Position numbers and translations under genes: made by a program | Shown: positions 63,126 to 64,000 of the stretch, one piece after another | How positions within the stretch are numbered: the stretch's first letter is position 1 | How the letters are laid out: each line of letters opens with the position of its first letter | Notes under the pieces: model-generated | Database searches by the model: none | Told to the model about the DNA's origin: nothing | Seen by the model: only the letters and a program-made list of their open reading frames with translations | From: Octopus vulgaris | Lineage: Eukaryota | Direction: 5' to 3' | Length of the DNA stretch: 64,000 nucleotides | Assembly: GCA_951406725.2 (NCBI GenBank) | Contig: OX597817.1 | Coordinates: 158,844,001-158,908,000, forward strand

Positions 63126-63533
63126 GGTTTTAGGATAGGTTTTTTGAATTACAAGATTTCAATAACACATCCGGCCGTAGAAAGTTTGCCACACGCTTAG
63201 CGCTGCGCATATGTACATACATTTTTTTGTAGGCGCGGGCATGGCTGTGTGGTTAGGAGCTTGCTTTCTAGCTACATGGTCTCGGGTTCAGTCCCACCAC
63301 GTGGCACTTTGGGCAAGTGTCTTCTGCTATAGCCCCTGGCTGACTGAAGCTTTATGATTGAATTTGGTAGTTGGAAGTTACTGCCGTGTGTGTATATGTG
63401 CGTGTAGGTGCTTGTGCCTCTCCAAAAGAGAGAGAGGAGATTATTTATTTTTAGAATGACATAGTCGCGTTATGTTTTTAATTCACTTCCTGATCAGCAT
63501 TTCTGATAATCCATCTCCTATTTTTCATTCCAG

Positions 63534-63758
63534 CTTATGTGATCAGTTCAGCATGCTGATTGAGCCACTTACTGAGAGCCGAGTCTATCAGATGCGAGAG
63601 CTTGCTGCTAGTGCAATGGTTGCAGTAACTGCACCGTCTCAAAGGCACAATAAAATCATCATGCTCTTGCACCAGATACCCAATATTCAGGATCAGCACA
63701 ATAAAGTCCATGGAATATTCATATTTGTTGAGAAACTCCTACAAGCTCAAAGTTGGAA
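63534..63758 (+). CDS. THADA: THADA-like exon 25 (LCDQF...SRVYQMRELAASAMVA...HNKVHG...)
   Basis: cattccag| acceptor, AA|gtaagc donor; VY..RE.AA and N..HG motifs; gene continues downstream. Confidence 0.9.
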
Positions 63759-64000
63759 GTAAGCATCGGTTTAATCACTCTAAAAAGCCTTTAACTTGTG
63801 ACCTTGTCTTTTAGACCCTGGTCAGCCCTAATTAAGCAGGCCTGTTATCAAAGGTATTCCAGTTGTGATCATCTTGTTAGAAACAGTTTATATAGGGAAT
63901 ATATTAAATTTGATCTGAGGGAAATTTAGCTGTTATTTCTACTAGGTCAAACAACCACATTGAAGTTCCTGAGAGATGATGAATCACTTGAGTCTGTAAG

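Overview
AT-rich, microsatellite- and SINE-dense eukaryotic genomic DNA; the repeat families suggest an octopus (coleoid cephalopod), which is an inference. The window holds one spliced gene on the + strand: 25 GT-AG coding exons (5059-63758) that join in phase into about 1362 codons, open at the 3' end. It encodes a THADA/Trm732-family ARM-repeat protein with DUF2428 motifs (RHRGAIE, TRRSAGLP, QVHALNILRVLF, WAIRNASTQLF). The introns are filled with mobile DNA: several tRNA-derived SINE families, many RTE 3'-end copies, a 5'-truncated CR1-type LINE, a truncated RTE LINE with a PHD-like insertion in its RT, mariner/Tc1, hAT, piggyBac-like and Helitron-like MITEs, and 26-bp minisatellites. Three observations stand out. 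(1) Four unrelated short repeats, mostly inverted duplications, carry minimal type-I hammerhead-ribozyme-like folds of the Penelope type with different non-canonical cores. (2) One SINE forms head-less tandem concatemers with the same near-palindromic junction at two independent loci. (3) One retroinsertion has a 96-bp target-site duplication. Most short ORFs in the supplied track are repeat noise.
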